A stretch of DNA of 64,000 nucleotides. It comes from Patescibacteria group bacterium. Its GTDB lineage: Bacteria > Patescibacteriota > Patescibacteriia > Patescibacteriales > UBA12465. A program made the position numbers and the translations under genes. This document shows positions 9,729-19,397 of the stretch, in pieces. A model generated the notes under the pieces. The model made no database searches and was not told the origin of the DNA. It saw only the letters and a list, made by a program, of their open reading frames with translations. Every line of letters begins with the position of its first letter. Positions within the stretch are counted from its first letter, which is position 1. Location: positions 445,625 to 509,624 of the forward strand of contig JBMNFV010000001.1 in the NCBI GenBank assembly GCA_050949505.1, read 5' to 3'.

Positions 9729-10060
9729 TAAATCATTAAAGTATAGCAAGATAGCTGGCTATGTCAAGTCTTTTAGTCAGCTGTATCTAAGAGCCAATTA
9801 GATTAGGAGAGGGGAGTTAATGTTTATTGTTTTAGACTTGAATTAGACTAAGATAAGAGCAGGGGGTTTAGGATATAGAAAGGGGATGGTTACTGGAGAG
9901 AGACTTCTACAATTAAAGGGGGGAATTAGGGTTAGTTAAGGCTTGCCTTTAGCTTGCGTTTGCTTTAGGCTTGTGTTAAGATAAATTTAAGAAAAATAAA
10001 TAATCTTTAAGCTAATTTTGTTAACTAGTTTAACAATTTTTATTATAGACAAACCATAGA

Positions 10061-10639
10061 ATGGCTAATCAGCTGCTTCAAAAATTTAAAGACAATCAGG
10101 CCTTGCGACGTTTAGCTCGCCAAGATAAGGAGGCTTTTGCGGCAGCCTATGATCAGAATGTGGCTGATATTTATCGCTTTATCTATTTTAAAATAGGTTC
10201 AGAGGAAGAGGCCCATGACTTGACCTCCACCGTCTTTCTTAAGGCTTGGAATCATATCCAAACTAATACTCTAGAAGATAGCAAGACCTTAAGAGCCTTG
10301 TTTTACAAGGTGGCCCGTAATGCTATTATTGACCACTACCGAGAGACTAGCCAGCTTAAGCAGGACTCCCTAGATGATGAGACTAAGCGGATTGAGGTGA
10401 TAGATGAGGACTCGCTAGGACTAGAAGACCAGCTAGACCAGCAGGCTGAGTTAGCGCTGATTAAAAGCAAATTACCATTATTAAAAGAAGAGTATCGGGA
10501 GGTGGTGATTATGCGCTTTATCAATGATTTAACTATAGAGGAAATAGCTGACATTAGTGAGCGCAAGAAGGGTAATGTCCGAGTCTTGCTTCACCGGGCC
10601 TTAAAGGCACTCCGGGAGCTAATGGAGCTAGAGCAATAA
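10061..10639 (+). CDS. ECF-type RNA polymerase sigma factor
   Basis: Region 2 IYRFIYFKIG...AHDLTSTVFLKAW...ARNAIIDHYR; region 4 LTIEEIADI...VRVLLHRALKALR. Confidence 0.95.
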   Translation: MANQLLQKFKDNQALRRLARQDKEAFAAAYDQNVADIYRFIYFKIGSEEEAHDLTSTVFLKAWNHIQTNTLEDSKTLRALFYKVARNAIIDHYRETSQLKQDSLDDETKRIEVIDEDSLGLEDQLDQQAELALIKSKLPLLKEEYREVVIMRFINDLTIEEIADISERKKGNVRVLLHRALKALRELMELEQ

Positions 10640-10640
10640 C

Positions 10641-10666
10641 TGTAACACTTTGAGAGGTTTTACGTA
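10641..10666 (+). promoter_or_regulatory. ECF-type promoter TGTAAC-N16-CGTA
   Basis: tgtaac actttgagaggtttta cgta, between the sigma gene stop and ATG 10678; matches the AAC/CGT ECF consensus. Confidence 0.7.
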
Positions 10667-10677
10667 TACTAGGGTGT

Positions 10678-11523
10678 ATGAGTGACAAAGAATTAATCAA
10701 ACAACTGAAACAGTTAAAAACAATTAAACCCGAGGCGTCGTGGACTAGCGACAATCGGGCTTTGTTGTTGTCACAAATTGCTAATGCGGGAGCCACTAAA
10801 TTATCAGCGGGGCGCTTGTTCTTAATTAATCTAAACTGTAGTCTTAGAGCCTTGGCTAGACCGGCCTATGCCTTAGGAGCTTTTGTAATAATTTTGGTGG
10901 TGGGTATTTTTAGTCACCAGCTACTTACTTCTATTAAACCAACTGACTCACTTTATATCGCCAGAATTATTTCTGAGAAGGCTAAGCTTAGCACGGTCAT
11001 TAGTCCTGCGGAGCGAGATGCCTTGTCACTAAAGTTTTCCCTTAGTCACGCCACCGATATTTCTGAGGTCTTAGCTGACCCTAGTTTTAATACAGTTGAG
11101 AACCAAGTTAAGGTGGCTAAACTAAATGATAGTTTTAATAAAGAGCTAGAAAATATTCGCACTAAGATCGCTACCATTAAACCTAAGTCAGAGCCAACCG
11201 CTAATGAGACAGAGGCCGCTGAAGAAATCTTTATTCTAGCTAGCGAAGAGTCGGCTACCGAGCAGGGTCTAGAAATTTCCTTAAGTCCTGAGGCGGAGGA
11301 GCCAAAGGATGAAGAGGCCGAAGAACTAGAGCCTAGTGAGGAAGCGGAGATCAAGTTGGAGTTAAATGTAAGTCCCAGTTCAAGTTTGGAATTAGTAACT
11401 ACCGAGGAGGCTAGTACTAGTTCTTTAAGTCTATCACTAGAAGAAGCTCAAAAGTTGTCAGAGAGCAAGGATTTCGATCAGGTTAATGTTAAGTTAAGAG
11501 AATTAAGAGAATTAATTAAATAA
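10678..11523 (+). CDS. Putative membrane-anchored anti-sigma factor (DUF5667-like)
   Basis: Directly after the ECF sigma; short N-terminal domain, one TM, PTDSLYIARIISEK motif, acidic linker. Confidence 0.65.
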   Translation: MSDKELIKQLKQLKTIKPEASWTSDNRALLLSQIANAGATKLSAGRLFLINLNCSLRALARPAYALGAFVIILVVGIFSHQLLTSIKPTDSLYIARIISEKAKLSTVISPAERDALSLKFSLSHATDISEVLADPSFNTVENQVKVAKLNDSFNKELENIRTKIATIKPKSEPTANETEAAEEIFILASEESATEQGLEISLSPEAEEPKDEEAEELEPSEEAEIKLELNVSPSSSLELVTTEEASTSSLSLSLEEAQKLSESKDFDQVNVKLRELRELIK

Positions 11524-11524
11524 C

Positions 11525-12313
11525 ATGTCTTTAGAGCGCTTCTATTTATCAGCGGATACTAGTAATATTCTTAGCAATGAACATTGGCTACGCTATGAGG
11601 CGGTGGTGCCCATGATTAAAGATAAGGTTGTCCTAGATGTTGCTTGCGGCTCAGGTTATGGTAGTGACCACTTAGCCACTAGTGGAGCTAAGAAGGTTAT
11701 TGGTTTAGATATAGATGGACCAACGATAGAAGCTAATATAGAAAATTATCAACGAGATAATTTAGCCTTTAAGAAGGCTAGTGCCCTCAAGCTACCCTTT
11801 AAAGATGGAGAGTTTGATGTGGTGGTTTCCTTTGAAACGATTGAGCACTTTAATGAAGATGACCAAATGGATGTGATGGCCGAGTTTAAGCGAGTCTTGT
11901 CCCCGGAGGGATTGCTCATTATCTCTACTCCTAATATAGAGTATCCCCATTACCCCAATCCCTTCCACTTACGAGAACTGAGTAAATTTGATCTAGTTAC
12001 CTTAGTGCAGATGGAGCATAAGTATATGCGAATCTATGAGCAGGGCAGTGCGATTGCTACCTTTATTGCTGATGAAGATGACTTTGATGGACGATATGTG
12101 TTAAGTACTGGCTTTATCCCTAAATACTTTATCACTATTTCCAGTGACCGAGAGATAGATGAAATGATTCCCCCCATGGCCACCCTTAACTCCGAAACCC
12201 TAAGACGACAAGAGACTAGTCCGGCTAAGAAGATTATGGACACCTTCTATCGTCCCCTAATCAAAGTGCCGTTCATTAAAAAAATGGTAGATAAAATAAA
12301 TAAAGGACGCTAA
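11525..12313 (+). CDS. Class I SAM-dependent methyltransferase (possibly glycan-modifying)
   Basis: VLDVACGSGYG, FDVVVSFETIEH, LIISTPN, NPFHLRE. Confidence 0.9.
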   Translation: MSLERFYLSADTSNILSNEHWLRYEAVVPMIKDKVVLDVACGSGYGSDHLATSGAKKVIGLDIDGPTIEANIENYQRDNLAFKKASALKLPFKDGEFDVVVSFETIEHFNEDDQMDVMAEFKRVLSPEGLLIISTPNIEYPHYPNPFHLRELSKFDLVTLVQMEHKYMRIYEQGSAIATFIADEDDFDGRYVLSTGFIPKYFITISSDREIDEMIPPMATLNSETLRRQETSPAKKIMDTFYRPLIKVPFIKKMVDKINKGR

Positions 12314-12317
12314 CAAT

Positions 12318-12774
12318 AACCAGCTAGTGCTAGTTTGTTAGTTTATCTCCTGACTAATTACTCCGACTAGGAAGATCACTGATTAAAGTTGTTCATCCGG
12401 TTCTGGATAATAACAGAGATATACTAACAAACCTGCAGTAGTGCGGGTTGATAGACCTGGTCAAGGTCGAGTTCTAGGCAACTAGAGCGGTCTGTCCTTA
12501 AAAAATCACAACGATGATTCAAAATCTAGGTTAAGCGTTATGACCTTGCTTTTAGTAAATCGGTTAAGCTTTTCTCCAGTTGGCGGGCAACACGCGCCAC
12601 TGGCAGAACTTTTTCTTAAGATCAGTCAGTTGCGCCTTAAGCATCAAGCTAGTTGGCGAAGCGGGATTCCGACTGATTTACCAACAAGACTTAACAACTA
12701 ACCAAGATGGCGAATCTTTAACGTTCTCTGATTAAGTAGTTTTAACTTTCACGGTTAAGACACTTAGATCAGAA
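12318..12774 (+). ncRNA. Putative large structured RNA or leader of the surface protein gene
   Basis: No ORF in the track; nested long-range helices and GCAA tetraloops found by eye (see findings). Confidence 0.65.
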
Positions 12775-12787
12775 TTAATTATTATTT

Positions 12788-15763
12788 ATGAATAAATTAC
12801 GCAAATTTTTAGTTATCGGCGTAATGGTAATGACAGTGTTTGCCACCATGGGAGTAATTGCTCCTAACGTTCAAGCGGCTGCTTCTGCAGGAGACTTGAT
12901 CAAAATGGATGGTTTAACTTCTGTTTATTTCCTCGGCGCTGATGGCAAAAGATATGTCTTCCCTAATGAGGCGACATATATGTCATGGTACAACGACTTC
13001 TCAGGCGTTGTTACTATCCCAGCCGCTGAACTACAGAGCTATCCTTTGGGTGGTAATGTCGTGATGCGACCAGGAACCAAATTAGTCAAGATTACCACTG
13101 ACCCAACTGTTTATGCCGTTGAGCCTAATGGTAACTTGCGATCAATCGTCAGTGAAGCTAATGCTATCGCATTATATGGCACTGATTGGAACAAGAGAGT
13201 AGTGGACGTTCCTGATGCTTTCTTTACTAACTATAAGATCGGTTCTGCTTTGACCCCTGGTCAAGCGCCAGCTGGTTCTTTAGTTAAGACTGCTGACAGT
13301 GCTGATGTTTACTACTATGACGGTACTAACTACCGCGCTTTCACTAACGAGGCAGCTTTCAATGCTAACCGCTTTAGCTTTAGTAATGTAATTACTGTAT
13401 CTAATGTCGTGTCTGGCGGAACCGCTATCTCTAGTGCGGAGTTCGTGGATGTAGCCCAAGGAGGAACCACCTCTGGTCCAGTTGTAACTGGTTCAGGCTT
13501 AATGGTTTCTTTGAGTGCAGCTACTCCAGCTTCACAGGCTATTCCTAACCAAGCTGGTCGTATTCCAATGGCTAAGGTTAACCTAACCGCCGCTAACGAT
13601 GGCGCGGTCAATGTTGACACCATTACTATTACTCGCTCAGGATTAACCAGTTATACCACAAAACAATTACAAGTTTTTGCTGAAAAAGATGGAATTAAGG
13701 TGGCTAACGAGAAGAGCTTTGTTTCTAATGAGGCTGTCTTAGTGTTTAACCCAACTCTAACTATCCCTGCTGGACAAACTGTTAGCTTGGATATTTTAGC
13801 CAAGACCGAAAAAACCACCGATACAGCCAGTGGTAATGTAGCCTACGGAATTGCTTCTGCTTCTGCTGTCTCAGCTAGCAGTGCCGCCGTAACTGGCTCA
13901 TTCCCTATTACTGGAAACTTGATGAGTATTACTAGTTATGAAGTGGATACTCTTAATGCTGCCTTACAAGAAGGATTAGCAAGTGTTAATGTGGGAGACG
14001 AAGATGCTGAATTAGCGAAAATTGATCTTGATTTAACAAGAGATGTGGTATTAACTTCTCTAGAATTAAAGAACGAGGGTAGTGAAAATCTAGCCGATGT
14101 TCTATCTAATGTACATTTAGAGAAAGATGGTAAAATAGTTTCTAATACTGCTTCCATGAATGGAAAGTATCTAACTTTCACTTTCCCAGGCAATGGTCTA
14201 GAAATAACTGATGGAGGAGTTACTCTTTCTGTTAGAGCAGATGTTATTGCAATGTATGAAAGTCCTAGTACTATAGAATTAGGTTGGGATTCTAGAAGCT
14301 CTAATAGTGCAGCCACAGAAAAAGCTACCGGATTCGGAGTTACTTTTGAGCCTACTGGCACTAAAACTATTACCATTAAAGCTGGAGATGTTACCATTTC
14401 TAGAACCAAGAATTCTCCTCTAGGAACCAAGTCTTATGTTAAAGGAACTACCGGTATTTTAGCCTTAGAAGCCAAATTTGAGACAGTAAAAGATTTGGAT
14501 ATTGATAATATGTTTATAGTTGCTGAATTTACTCAAGGAGCTAGTTCTAGCTATAATGTAGCCACCTCTTCATTCCGTAACATAAAAGTCAAGTTAGATA
14601 ACACTACTTTAGGATCATTCTCTAACTTTACTGAATGGAGTGCCTTAGACACCAATAAGGCTAGTACTTCTGTAGAAGACTTTGCGGTAACTAAGGGAGT
14701 CCACACTATTTCCATTTTAGTTGATACTCATTCAACTATCGCTGATGGATCTACAGTTAAGTTCTCTATCGCTGGAAAAGATATTAAAGGTGTTTATATA
14801 GAAAATGATATTGGTATAGATGTAACTGGAGAAGCTACGGGAGCTGCTATAAAGGCTGAGGCAGACGGATCTCTAAAGGTGAGTTTTGCTGACACTACCA
14901 AGTCTGGTATTGTTATTGCAGATGGCACTGAGCAAGAAATTGCTAAGTTCAAAATCCATTCTGAGAATGATGAAATGATAATTGAAGAAATTGAGTTTGT
15001 AGCTACGTCTACTTCAGGAATAGCTACCACTTCTAACGAAAGATTGCATGACATCGTTGCTTACTTAGGTTCAACTGAGTTAGGTAGCAATGTTAAGTTT
15101 GAAAATGGGATATTTTCTACTTCAACCATTAAGATTTCTGGTGATAAACTAAAAATCAAGGCTGGAGAAACTAAGGAAATTACCATTAAAGGAATTTTCC
15201 CTGCTTCTTATAGTGAAGAAGCTATTGCTTCAAACACTATTCAATTAGCCTTGAATGCAATTAAGACTAAGAGTGGAGATGGAATAACTAAGCAAGAGGA
15301 AGTCAATGTGTCCAAGCCTATGACCGTTTATAAGGTCCACCCTCTATTCTCATTTGAGAAGGGTTATGTTGGATCTCTAGGAAAGACTCAGCAATACTTA
15401 GAATTCACAGTTACCGCTAAAGGAACTGGTGAATTAAGAATTGATGAGTTGGGTTATGAGCTATATGGAACAGCAAGTGGTACCACTGTTAATCTCACAG
15501 AGGTCTCCCTATATGTTGATGGAGACAAAGTAGCCTCCTCAACCGAACCAGCTGTAGTTATTGCTGCTGGCTCTTCTAAGACCTTTGTGGTGAAAGTTGA
15601 CACCACTGGTATGGCGGCAGATGCAACCTTTGGTATTAGTCTAGAAGAGAGTGCTATAAAATGGAGTGAAGGTATTAGCTTTAACAAGTTTAGTACAGTT
15701 GAATTTACAGGCACAAGCTTGGATACATTCCCAATTGATAGTGGATTATACTCAAATAAGTAA
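12788..15763 (+). CDS. Large secreted S-layer-like surface protein (CPR-type N-terminal domain, Ig-like repeats)
   Basis: Signal peptide; GDLIK...VYFLGADGKRYVFPNE...MRPGTKLVKITTDP; Thr/Ser/Ala-rich beta-strand repeats; strong terminator. Confidence 0.75.
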   Translation: MNKLRKFLVIGVMVMTVFATMGVIAPNVQAAASAGDLIKMDGLTSVYFLGADGKRYVFPNEATYMSWYNDFSGVVTIPAAELQSYPLGGNVVMRPGTKLVKITTDPTVYAVEPNGNLRSIVSEANAIALYGTDWNKRVVDVPDAFFTNYKIGSALTPGQAPAGSLVKTADSADVYYYDGTNYRAFTNEAAFNANRFSFSNVITVSNVVSGGTAISSAEFVDVAQGGTTSGPVVTGSGLMVSLSAATPASQAIPNQAGRIPMAKVNLTAANDGAVNVDTITITRSGLTSYTTKQLQVFAEKDGIKVANEKSFVSNEAVLVFNPTLTIPAGQTVSLDILAKTEKTTDTASGNVAYGIASASAVSASSAAVTGSFPITGNLMSITSYEVDTLNAALQEGLASVNVGDEDAELAKIDLDLTRDVVLTSLELKNEGSENLADVLSNVHLEKDGKIVSNTASMNGKYLTFTFPGNGLEITDGGVTLSVRADVIAMYESPSTIELGWDSRSSNSAATEKATGFGVTFEPTGTKTITIKAGDVTISRTKNSPLGTKSYVKGTTGILALEAKFETVKDLDIDNMFIVAEFTQGASSSYNVATSSFRNIKVKLDNTTLGSFSNFTEWSALDTNKASTSVEDFAVTKGVHTISILVDTHSTIADGSTVKFSIAGKDIKGVYIENDIGIDVTGEATGAAIKAEADGSLKVSFADTTKSGIVIADGTEQEIAKFKIHSENDEMIIEEIEFVATSTSGIATTSNERLHDIVAYLGSTELGSNVKFENGIFSTSTIKISGDKLKIKAGETKEITIKGIFPASYSEEAIASNTIQLALNAIKTKSGDGITKQEEVNVSKPMTVYKVHPLFSFEKGYVGSLGKTQQYLEFTVTAKGTGELRIDELGYELYGTASGTTVNLTEVSLYVDGDKVASSTEPAVVIAAGSSKTFVVKVDTTGMAADATFGISLEESAIKWSEGISFNKFSTVEFTGTSLDTFPIDSGLYSNK

Positions 15764-15824
15764 TCTTTACTGAGTAGATTTACTTCAAATAGTTTTTCTT
15801 AGTTTTTCTAGAAATAAAACTATG

Positions 15825-15860
15825 AAAATAGAGCAACCATTTGGTTGCTCTATTTTATTT
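15825..15860 (+). terminator. Intrinsic terminator of surface protein gene
   Basis: aaaatagagcaacca-tt-tggttgctctatttt. Confidence 0.8.
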
Positions 15861-15981
15861 TTTATTTATCTTTTGTTATTTATTGTAAGTAGTAATATTC
15901 TTAGACGAGGCCATTATCTAGCTATTTAGGGGTGGGGTGTGATATAATGGGGTTATTGTTAATTAGTAATTTGTAAAGTTT

Positions 15982-18243
15982 ATGTCAGCTAAAACTTATT
16001 TACGTATCTTGCAGGGGGGAATCTTAGTGTCCTTAATGATTATCTTTTTTGTCTTTAAGGACTTATTATTTCCCTTTATTACCTCTAAGCAGTTATCCTT
16101 TAATATTCTAATGGAGCTGTTATTGGTAGTTCTAGTGGTCTTGTGGTTAAGGTATCCGGCTTATCGGCCCAAGAGGAGCTTTATTACCTATGGCTTGCTA
16201 GCTTATTTCTTAACTATTTTAGCCTCATGTGCGGTTAGTGTGGATATTAGTTTAAGTTTTTGGGGAGATGCTGAGCGGATGTTAGGCTTGTTTCACTTAG
16301 CTCATTTTTTCATCTTTTATCTAATTATTATTACCGCCTTCCGCTCGTGGCGAGACTGGCAAGTTTTGTTTCTTAGCTCAGTGGCAGTGGCCACAGTGGT
16401 GAGTCTGATTGGCTTATTTGGTGAGAGTCCCTATAGCACAATAGGGAATACTGCTTATGTTAGTGCTTACCTAATCTTTAACCTCTACTTCATTATTTTA
16501 TTGTTCTTTAGGTCCAGTCAAAAGGGAGCTCGCTGGCTTTATCTTTTGCCCTTTGGAGTCTTGATTGCTCAATTTGTGCGCATGAAAACATCTGGGGCGA
16601 TCATTGGTTTTGGTTTAAGTTTATTAATCCTAATCTTATTACTAGGTCTAGCTCATCAGCGCCGGTTACTGCGCCGCCTCTCCTTAGGGGTCTTTGTCTT
16701 AGCGGTGGCGGTACTAGCCTTTGTTTTTTCCCAAACTCAAGCTACTTGGTTTCAGAATAGTTTTTTACGTAATTTAACTTCTCAGAAGGTGACTTTCCAA
16801 ACCCGCTTAGTTTCCTGGGAGGCGGCGATCAAAGACTTGCCGAATCATTTCTTGTTTGGTAATGGGTTTGGTAATTATGCTGATACCTTTGATCGGCACT
16901 TTGACTCTCGTTTCTATAATTACACTACCGGAGACACTTATTTTGATCGGGCACATAATAATGTGATTGAGGTCTTATCAACTACTGGAGTCTTAGGACT
17001 ACTCACTTATTTAAGTATTTTTATTGCCGCTCTCTATTATCTCTACCGTGAGTTTAGAGCTAATGGTCGGCGAGTGAGTGGGGCGGCTAATGGGTTAAAT
17101 AATTTGGAGGTGATTGTGGTCCTTACCTTAATCATTGCCTACTTCATTCAAAATTTAGCCATCTTTGACTCCTATACTACCTTCTTAGGGCTAATGATGA
17201 CCTTAGGTTTTGTTTATTGGTTAAATTATCGTCGTCATTACCCACTGGTGCCTGAAGCTAAGGAAGGGATAATCAAGAGTGAGCGGGGCGAGCTATGGGT
17301 TCTAGTATCCTTGGGAATAGTTATGTTGATCTTCACTAATTATTATAATATCAAGACGTTAAAGATGTTTAGGGGGACTATCCAAGGTTATGCGCAGATT
17401 ATCTCTGGTGACTTAGCGACGGGTATTGATACCTATCAAAAGTATTTAGTGGGTCGTCCTTTAGAAAAAGATGCTCGGGTAACGCTAATTAATTTAATTG
17501 CCTCTAATCCCAGCTTGCTTAACCGAGTTAATGCGGTGAGAGCTGAGGAGATTATGGATTATGTGATTTCCTTGGCCGAGAAGAATGTAAGCTACAATCC
17601 GCTAGATAGCATGCGGCAAATGCAGTTAGCTCAGATCCTTAACACCGCGGCTTTGTTAAATATTTCAGAGATAGATAAGTTTAATGAATATTCCCGACCA
17701 GCCATGCAGGCTATAGAGAAGTCCATTGAAGCTAGCCCCGGACGAGCCACCGTTTATTTCATTAAGGCCCAGATGCAGTTAGCGCGCAATGAGATTGAGG
17801 AAGCGATAGAAACCTTTGATTACGGGATTGCCCTTAACCCTGCATACGGAGAAGGTTATTGTCGTCTAGTCCAAGCAATTTTAGTGGCGGAAGTGAGTGA
17901 AGAGTATAGCGAGAAGCTAGAGGAGAGCATTGATAAGTGCCTATCACCAGACTATCCTAACAATGGCTTATCGGAGTATACTCTTAAACTGCTAGCTAAC
18001 TACTATTCAGAAAGACTAGACTTTAAGCAAGCAGCTGAATTATCTCTACGCCTAGCGGAGACTAATGACCAGGATGCGGAAATTTGGATCAATGTGGCTA
18101 GATTAAATTATGTAATTGGTGAGCAGGAGTTAGCCGAGGAAGCAGCCAAGCGGGCTCAATTGCTAGACCCGCAGTCAGCGGCTGACTGGCTAGAGTTCAA
18201 GGCTTATGTGGAGGAGAACTTAGAGCAGTTTATAGAGCAATAG
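15982..18243 (+). CDS. O-antigen ligase/O-oligosaccharyltransferase family protein with C-terminal TPRs
   Basis: Many TMs; RLVSW, GNGFGNY, DRAHNNVIEVLSTTGVLG (Wzy_C-like); helical repeat C-terminus. Confidence 0.85.
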   Translation: MSAKTYLRILQGGILVSLMIIFFVFKDLLFPFITSKQLSFNILMELLLVVLVVLWLRYPAYRPKRSFITYGLLAYFLTILASCAVSVDISLSFWGDAERMLGLFHLAHFFIFYLIIITAFRSWRDWQVLFLSSVAVATVVSLIGLFGESPYSTIGNTAYVSAYLIFNLYFIILLFFRSSQKGARWLYLLPFGVLIAQFVRMKTSGAIIGFGLSLLILILLLGLAHQRRLLRRLSLGVFVLAVAVLAFVFSQTQATWFQNSFLRNLTSQKVTFQTRLVSWEAAIKDLPNHFLFGNGFGNYADTFDRHFDSRFYNYTTGDTYFDRAHNNVIEVLSTTGVLGLLTYLSIFIAALYYLYREFRANGRRVSGAANGLNNLEVIVVLTLIIAYFIQNLAIFDSYTTFLGLMMTLGFVYWLNYRRHYPLVPEAKEGIIKSERGELWVLVSLGIVMLIFTNYYNIKTLKMFRGTIQGYAQIISGDLATGIDTYQKYLVGRPLEKDARVTLINLIASNPSLLNRVNAVRAEEIMDYVISLAEKNVSYNPLDSMRQMQLAQILNTAALLNISEIDKFNEYSRPAMQAIEKSIEASPGRATVYFIKAQMQLARNEIEEAIETFDYGIALNPAYGEGYCRLVQAILVAEVSEEYSEKLEESIDKCLSPDYPNNGLSEYTLKLLANYYSERLDFKQAAELSLRLAETNDQDAEIWINVARLNYVIGEQELAEEAAKRAQLLDPQSAADWLEFKAYVEENLEQFIEQ

Positions 18244-18262
18244 AGAGAATAATAGATATTGG

Positions 18263-18293
18263 AAAAACCACCTCAGTACTGAGGTGGTTTTTT
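18263..18293 (+). terminator. Intrinsic (bidirectional) terminator
   Basis: aaaaaccacctcagtactgaggtggttttt. Confidence 0.8.
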
Positions 18294-18422
18294 AGATACG
18301 CAAACCTAGTTTTAAGGGGAATATCTTTAATTTTTTAGCTTAACTATTGCTTAGGAAAACTTTGACGAAGCCTCAGGGGAGACTTGCTATAGTGGAGGGG
18401 TTAATAAACTAAAGATTAATAT

Positions 18423-19385
18423 ATGAGTTTGACAGCTAAAAAATTAGCCTCACTAAGGCAAACTTATTTAACAGGGAAGCAGCGCTTAGCTAAAAACAAA
18501 AAGAAAGCAGTGGTGATTACTTTAAGTAGTTTAGGGTTCCTGCTTGTCAGTTATCTCTTGTTTGCTTGGCTAAGAGTTAGTCCCTTAGCGGTAGCTTTGG
18601 CAGAACTAGAGCGTAGCTTTGCTCCGCAAATAGTTTGTCATGAGGAGTGTCTGCTTTACCGAGTGGGGCGAGAAGAACTACTGGTTAAAGCGTTAGAGCG
18701 GTCAGATCGTCAAGTCTTAACCTTGCTTTATCAAGAGTGGCACCGGGAAGACTTGTCCTTAGAGTTTAGACGAGAGCTCTTAAAGATTATGTCCTTAGGA
18801 CTAGAGGGGGCGCCTCGTTGGCTCCGGGACTACTTAAGTCTAGAGTCAGCTGACTTAGCGGTTAGTCGGGAAATTCTTAACTACTTTCCAGAGCTAGCGA
18901 AGCTCTCAGCAGAGCTTAAGCCAGCTCTAGTGGCTCGCTTGGCTAAGACGCCCAGTAGTGCTGAGAAGGTGGAGTTATTAAAGCTTTTAAGAGCCTTAGC
19001 TAATGATGCGGAAATAGAGGCCTATTTCACCGTTCTCTTAAGCAGTGATGATTTAGACTATCAACGAGAGGCGGTCAAGAATATTAGCAATATTCAAGAT
19101 AAGTTAGGCTATTTTACCGAGGAGCAGTTAGCGATTTTAAAAGAATTAATAATGGAAGAATCTCTAGCTGCTAGCTTACGTCAGGAGCTAGTCCTCCTAG
19201 TTGGTGACTACTACCTAGTCTACCCGGCCGCTAGCCTTAGCTTATGGCAAGAAGTCTATCAAGCTAAACACTTAGACAATATTAGCCGACTCTTAGCAGC
19301 TGATAGTTTAAACCTCCTACAAAAGACTAATTTAAGTCTTCCCGAGGTCTCAGCTCGGGAGTGGCAAGAGTATTATAATAATTAA
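18423..19385 (+). CDS. Hypothetical membrane-anchored alpha-helical (HEAT-like) protein
   Basis: One N-terminal TM, CHEEC, Leu-rich helical repeats; 12 bp upstream of the next gene. Confidence 0.6.
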   Translation: MSLTAKKLASLRQTYLTGKQRLAKNKKKAVVITLSSLGFLLVSYLLFAWLRVSPLAVALAELERSFAPQIVCHEECLLYRVGREELLVKALERSDRQVLTLLYQEWHREDLSLEFRRELLKIMSLGLEGAPRWLRDYLSLESADLAVSREILNYFPELAKLSAELKPALVARLAKTPSSAEKVELLKLLRALANDAEIEAYFTVLLSSDDLDYQREAVKNISNIQDKLGYFTEEQLAILKELIMEESLAASLRQELVLLVGDYYLVYPAASLSLWQEVYQAKHLDNISRLLAADSLNLLQKTNLSLPEVSAREWQEYYNN

Positions 19386-19397
19386 GTTTATCAATCT

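Noticed and set aside
12318-12774. Identity as tmRNA, SRP RNA, T-box or group I/II intron
   Set aside because: No tRNA-like ends, SRP domain IV, T-box sequence or intron core recognised
13330-15714. Several antisense ORFs in the surface protein gene (and similar ones in other genes)
   Set aside because: Shadow frames arising from codon bias; no independent signals
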